From Craspedostauros australis (lineage: Eukaryota), in NCBI GenBank assembly GCA_030167865.1, contig JALAGF010002121.1:1-45394 (forward strand): a stretch of DNA of 45,394 bases, given 5' to 3'. Position numbers and translations under genes: made by a program. This document shows positions 41,328 to 45,394 of this stretch, in pieces. Below the pieces are notes generated by a model, which worked only from the letters and a program-made list of their open reading frames with translations, was not told the DNA's origin and made no database searches. Within the stretch, counting starts at the first letter, position 1, and each line of letters begins with the position of its first letter.

Positions 41328-42899
41328 ATGGGAGGTGGACAATCCAAGCCAGCGAGCGCAGCCAATGCCGCCAACCCGGCTGCAGCCATCGATGCCAACG
41401 TGAATGGCAATGACATGAAGAAAAGCGTCAACGTTGAGCAAACCGAGAGTGTGAGCAGCAACAGGATCGATGGCAACAAGGACGATAGCGAATCCAAGTG
41501 CCCGATGCACAACAGCGATGGAACGTACAGCTACAGCTGGCGATCGATATTCCAGGCTGCGAAGGTCCATGGTGTGGACGCCAGAAAGCCGCTGACCAAA
41601 GAACAATTGGATATCGCGGTTCCATCAGATGGCTCATCCAGGAATGCCCCTTCCGCAGCAGCAGCAGCAGCAGCAGCACCGGAAGGGTGTCCCGTCAAGC
41701 ATCAACCAGCATCAACGGATGGATGTCCTGTGAAGCACGGCGGATCGATGCAGGACCTGCAAAAGCATCCCATGTACAACGTGTACTCGCAACCCATCGA
41801 CAAATCCAACAACATGCCCACATCCAACGTCAATCAGTTGCCAGCATCGACCCAGAAGTCGGAACTCTCGACGCACCGCGTGTCGTCCAACATCCCCAAA
41901 GGCGGTGGCGGCGGCAACAGTGAGGATAGTTCTGCCTCCACATGGACCTACCCCAGCCCCCAGATGTTCTACAACGCTCTCGTGCGCAAGGGCAAGGCGG
42001 GCGACACGGGCGAAGAGGACATTGCCACGGTCGTGGCGTTGCACAACAACATGAACGAAAAGACGTGGCGGCAGGTCGTGGAATGGGAGCGCCAGATCTG
42101 CGGGCCCAACTCCAACCCCAAGCTCCTCAAGTTCACTGGCCGTCCGCACGATCTGTCGCCCAAGGGATATCTCAAGCATCACCTGCTGGGACATCCCCTG
42201 CCGTACGATCGTCACGATTGGACGATCGTGCGCACGGATGGCACGACCATGCGGTACGTCATTGATTACTACTACGACGAGACGTTGGCCAGCGAGGACG
42301 AGGCGTCGGCCATGCCCAAGTTGCAGGATCACAACGCGACGCCCAGTTTGCTCATCGATGTGCGTCCGGCGTTGGATTCACCGCAGGCGCTGTGGCATCG
42401 CGCTGTCACCATGCCGTCGGCGCATATGCAAGGCCAAACGACGTTCGATTACCTCCCGATGCAGGCCTCCAAGACCCTGAAGACGCAAGTCGATGAATCC
42501 ATTCAAGTGTGGCAGTCCATCCAGGGTTCGCGGAAGCAGCAGCAGCAGCAGCAGCAGCAAGAACGAGAGGAAGATATTCCGGAGATTTCTGATGCCGAAG
42601 CCATCAAGATTGCCACATCTTTCGCCAAGGCCTTGTCGCAATGCCAGCAGCTCCAGACTCGCGTCGACAATTGCACTACTGAAGAGGAATGCAGCCGTGC
42701 CAGCGTGGATCTGACCATTTGCATGGGCAACGAACTGTGTCCCGTCCAGCACACGGCGCTCATTCAATCGTTGCAATCGGACGACGACGACGATGTCAAG
42801 ATCGACGCCGCCTTGGAACGACTGACGGAATGCGTCATGACACAGACCGTTCAGCGACATCATGCGAGCATGCAGCATCCCGAGCGATTTGAAGCATAA
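41328..42899 (+). CDS. HCCS: Holocytochrome c synthase (cytochrome c/c1 heme lyase) with C-terminal Cys-containing extension
   Basis: CPM and two CPV heme-regulatory motifs. Core motifs HRVSSNIPK, WTYPSPQMFYNALVRKGK, LHNNMNEKTW, F.GRP.DLSPK, PYDRHDW, RYVIDYY and IDVRPALD. The MGGGQS start could be myristoylated. Confidence 0.95.
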   Translation: MGGGQSKPASAANAANPAAAIDANVNGNDMKKSVNVEQTESVSSNRIDGNKDDSESKCPMHNSDGTYSYSWRSIFQAAKVHGVDARKPLTKEQLDIAVPSDGSSRNAPSAAAAAAAAPEGCPVKHQPASTDGCPVKHGGSMQDLQKHPMYNVYSQPIDKSNNMPTSNVNQLPASTQKSELSTHRVSSNIPKGGGGGNSEDSSASTWTYPSPQMFYNALVRKGKAGDTGEEDIATVVALHNNMNEKTWRQVVEWERQICGPNSNPKLLKFTGRPHDLSPKGYLKHHLLGHPLPYDRHDWTIVRTDGTTMRYVIDYYYDETLASEDEASAMPKLQDHNATPSLLIDVRPALDSPQALWHRAVTMPSAHMQGQTTFDYLPMQASKTLKTQVDESIQVWQSIQGSRKQQQQQQQQEREEDIPEISDAEAIKIATSFAKALSQCQQLQTRVDNCTTEEECSRASVDLTICMGNELCPVQHTALIQSLQSDDDDDVKIDAALERLTECVMTQTVQRHHASMQHPERFEA

Positions 42900-43208
42900 T
42901 AACTGTCTGTGACATTTGAGTCGCAGGGCGATTGAATAGCGCATAGAGTGGCACGCATTTCTAACTATGGAAGTTGCGTGCGGAATACAGAATAATAGTA
43001 CGATTGCAATAGCTGATATTGTAGCCAATTTAGGAGTAAAATATTGCATTGTGGTATGGCATGACATAGCGTGGCTGTGCGAGCTTTATCGTGGGATGTT
43101 GATTGTTGTTCTTGTAGAGCCTGTGGAGAATTCAAGTGCGACAACATGTAGATGGACACCATTGCTTCGGACACATCACCGTTGCTCAATGCACACGCCT
43201 TCCCAGCC

Positions 43209-44485
43209 TCAATCCAAGAACAACGTCGTCACCAACATGTCGAGCGTCTTCGCCTCCTTCGTCGCCTCGATGACGGTGGTACTCTCGTGAAACGCAAAGC
43301 TGATGAGCTGGTCGGTCTGGCTGAGGAGGTAGGAATTGCAGATGCGCGATGCCACGTCGAGGGACATGCCGTCATTCTGCGGCATCTCGATGAGATCGTC
43401 GACCTTCTCGAGGAGCTCCTGCGATTCCTTGGGTTGCTTCTCCAGGGATTGGGGCAGCACGACGGTGAGCAGGTCCTCGCGTTCCGCGCGCAGGGCCCCG
43501 CGGATCGTGGCAGCGTGGGTTCCGCCCGCACCGGACGTGTAGACGTGGTTGCCGCTCAAGACGAGGGCGTAGGCGCTGTGATGTGATACGATACATTGCG
43601 ATAGTGTGGAGTGGAGTAGAGTATATCGCGTTGTTTGTTGACACGAGTTTGGAATGCAAAAGTGAGAGAGGGAAAGAGAGTGGAGTCAGTTGGGGGTGAA
43701 TGGAACAATGTGAAATGAAATGAGATTGGCATCAGTGGTTGCCCGCTTTCCGATGTGCGTGTGTTTGATGATGGTACTGTCTCACGCAACCGACAAGACC
43801 GACACAACACAACAGAAGCAACACACATCACGAATATGAATGATCCCAGAATACACCACAGTGCAATTCATCACCCGCCTTGAATGATTCGGCTTGATAT
43901 CAGCTTGCAAGAGTCCATGTTTGCATTGTATGGCATTGTGTGGCATGGCATGGTATGACATCGATAGAATACGTACAGCAACTCGATGATCTGCTGATGC
44001 AAGTAGCTGCAATGACGCGTCCCGAGTATGCAATACTTCTGAGGACCCTGCTGCTGGATGGCAGCGAGCTCCTTGAGGATATCCGTGACGCTCTGCTCCT
44101 TTTCCTTGACTCGAAGCTGCGGTTTGCCGACGTTGGCCGTTTCTCGTTGAAGTTCCAGACGTTCCGACGGATCGTACTCGCCCAATCCGTCGTACCCATC
44201 GTCGTTGCCTCCAAAGAGGGTGGAATTGCCATCCATTTCGCTGTTTGTGTCATCACTCTGGATTGCATGCAACGCACTGCCCGCTCGAGTCGGAAGGTGC
44301 CGGAACTGCGACCAAGCTGTTTGTGGTCGTGCAAGCGACCGCCGGCTGGAATGTGAGCTTTGCGTCGACGCCACAGAGAAGGAACGTGCGACTTCCCACT
44401 GCGCCGACAATGTTGCCAATACAATGACCACGATCGTGTGCATGCGTCGCATGGAAGATCGTCCGTGACTTAATCTCGTCGTCAT
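43209..44485 (-). CDS. Cyanobacterial-type DprA/Smf (SLOG Rossmann fold)-like protein, probably plastid-targeted, 2 exons
   Basis: Exon 1 is 44485-43977 and exon 2 is 43575-43209. Intron 43976-43576 (GTACGT...CACAG) joins as HQQIIELL-AYALVLSGNHVYTSGAGGTHAATIRGA. Other motifs: ELAAIQQQG, ILGTRH, FAFHES. Presequence is a signal peptide ending ARS-FSV. Confidence 0.85.
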
Positions 44486-45050
44486 CTTGCTGTGTCGCGA
44501 CTTGGCATGTGACTGTGCACGACAACACTGGATGGTACCAGCATGAATGCCACACTCGTGGTCCAGCATACTCCCCTCCATCGGTCGCTTGGGATCTTTC
44601 CGCCACAATCCTTGATCGATGCCCTGCTGAACGATCTGATCCACAAGTATGAGTATGAGTATGAGCCGACCAATCCACTCAAGAGTACCTCAAGCGTATC
44701 TTAACTCAACTCAATTCAAATGAACACAATTCAATAGTCCGATAAGATGTTATGCCGCAGCTCTCCTCTGGATCATTCCAAGAGCAGACGCGATCATCCC
44801 AGTCTTCTCTTCTCTTGTGCAACAGTCCAATCCAAGGGCCAACCCCCACAGCCAACGACAAGGAGGGGTGTCGATGATGCCATCGGAATTCTGGGGCTTC
44901 CGGTAAAACGGACTATCGGACTAACGAACAGCATCACTATTTGGTTAACGGACGATATTAGTCGTGAATGCGAAATTCTTAGTCATGATTGGAATGTCGT
45001 ACTTGGCGTTTATGGTTTATGCAATCCGTGATTGAATTGTCTCTAGCCTA

Positions 45051-45394
45051 CAGCGAAAAAAAAATGCCCTAAAATAAGGCACCTTTTGAAAAGATGCCCT
45101 ATTTAGGGCACGTTTTGAAAAGGTGCCCTATTTAAGGCACGTTTTGAAAAGGTGCCCTATTTAAGGCACGTTTTGAAAAGGTGCCCTATTTTAGGGCACG
45201 TTTTGTTTCACAATAGCCCAGCCACGATGGGCACATTCCACAAAGCCATCAACGGGGAACGATGTGGACGTCACTGAATGACGAATCAGAACACTAATAC
45301 TTATCGTCAACTTGGCGTGACATGCCTTTGATAATCCTCTGTCGTCGCGTTGTTGCGCGGGATTTGCTCTTGCTCTTTCTGTCGTCCAATCGGC
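45051..45394. mobile_element. Possible end of a DNA transposon or MITE continuing beyond the right edge
   Basis: TA at 45049-45050 is followed by CAGCG-A9 and then the palindromic array, resembling a TA-target terminal repeat with subterminal binding sites. No partner end or transposase is in the window. Confidence 0.35.
45059..45205. repeat. Tandem array of five 29-30 bp internally palindromic units
   Basis: Consensus AAAAGGTGCCCTATTTA(A/G)GGCACGTTTTG at about 45059, 45089, 45118, 45147 and 45176. No spacers between units. Confidence 0.92.

Noticed and set aside
45059-45205. CRISPR array (29-30 bp palindromic repeats)
   Set aside because: The units abut with no unique spacers, there are no cas genes, and the context is eukaryotic.

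Overview
Eukaryotic nuclear DNA, most likely from a diatom. Evidence: GT-AG introns, bipartite plastid-targeting presequences with an ASAFAP-like Phe, and a diatom CoDi-type copia gag start. Left to right the window holds: the 5' end of a Ty1/copia-like LTR retrotransposon running off the left edge; a Dispatched/Patched-family membrane protein; a JmjC protein with a SET-like tail; a 4-exon SWR1/SRCAP remodeller ending in WW, F-box and beta-helix domains; a large PqiA-domain membrane protein; TLDc, DUF6940-like, OMS1-like methyltransferase and CRAL-TRIO genes; a low-complexity hypothetical protein; a plastid PDZ-[2Fe-2S] ferredoxin; a secreted Cys-repeat protein in a gene-poor stretch; a holocytochrome c synthase with a twin Cx9C tail; a plastid DprA/SLOG-like protein; and a tandem array of palindromic 29-30 bp units near the right edge. 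The most striking signal is in the retrotransposon. Its primer-binding-site position is a perfect 14-nt complement of a segment inside its own LTR, with the geometry expected for Tf1-like tRNA-independent self-priming. All family assignments come from motif recognition by eye, not database searches.
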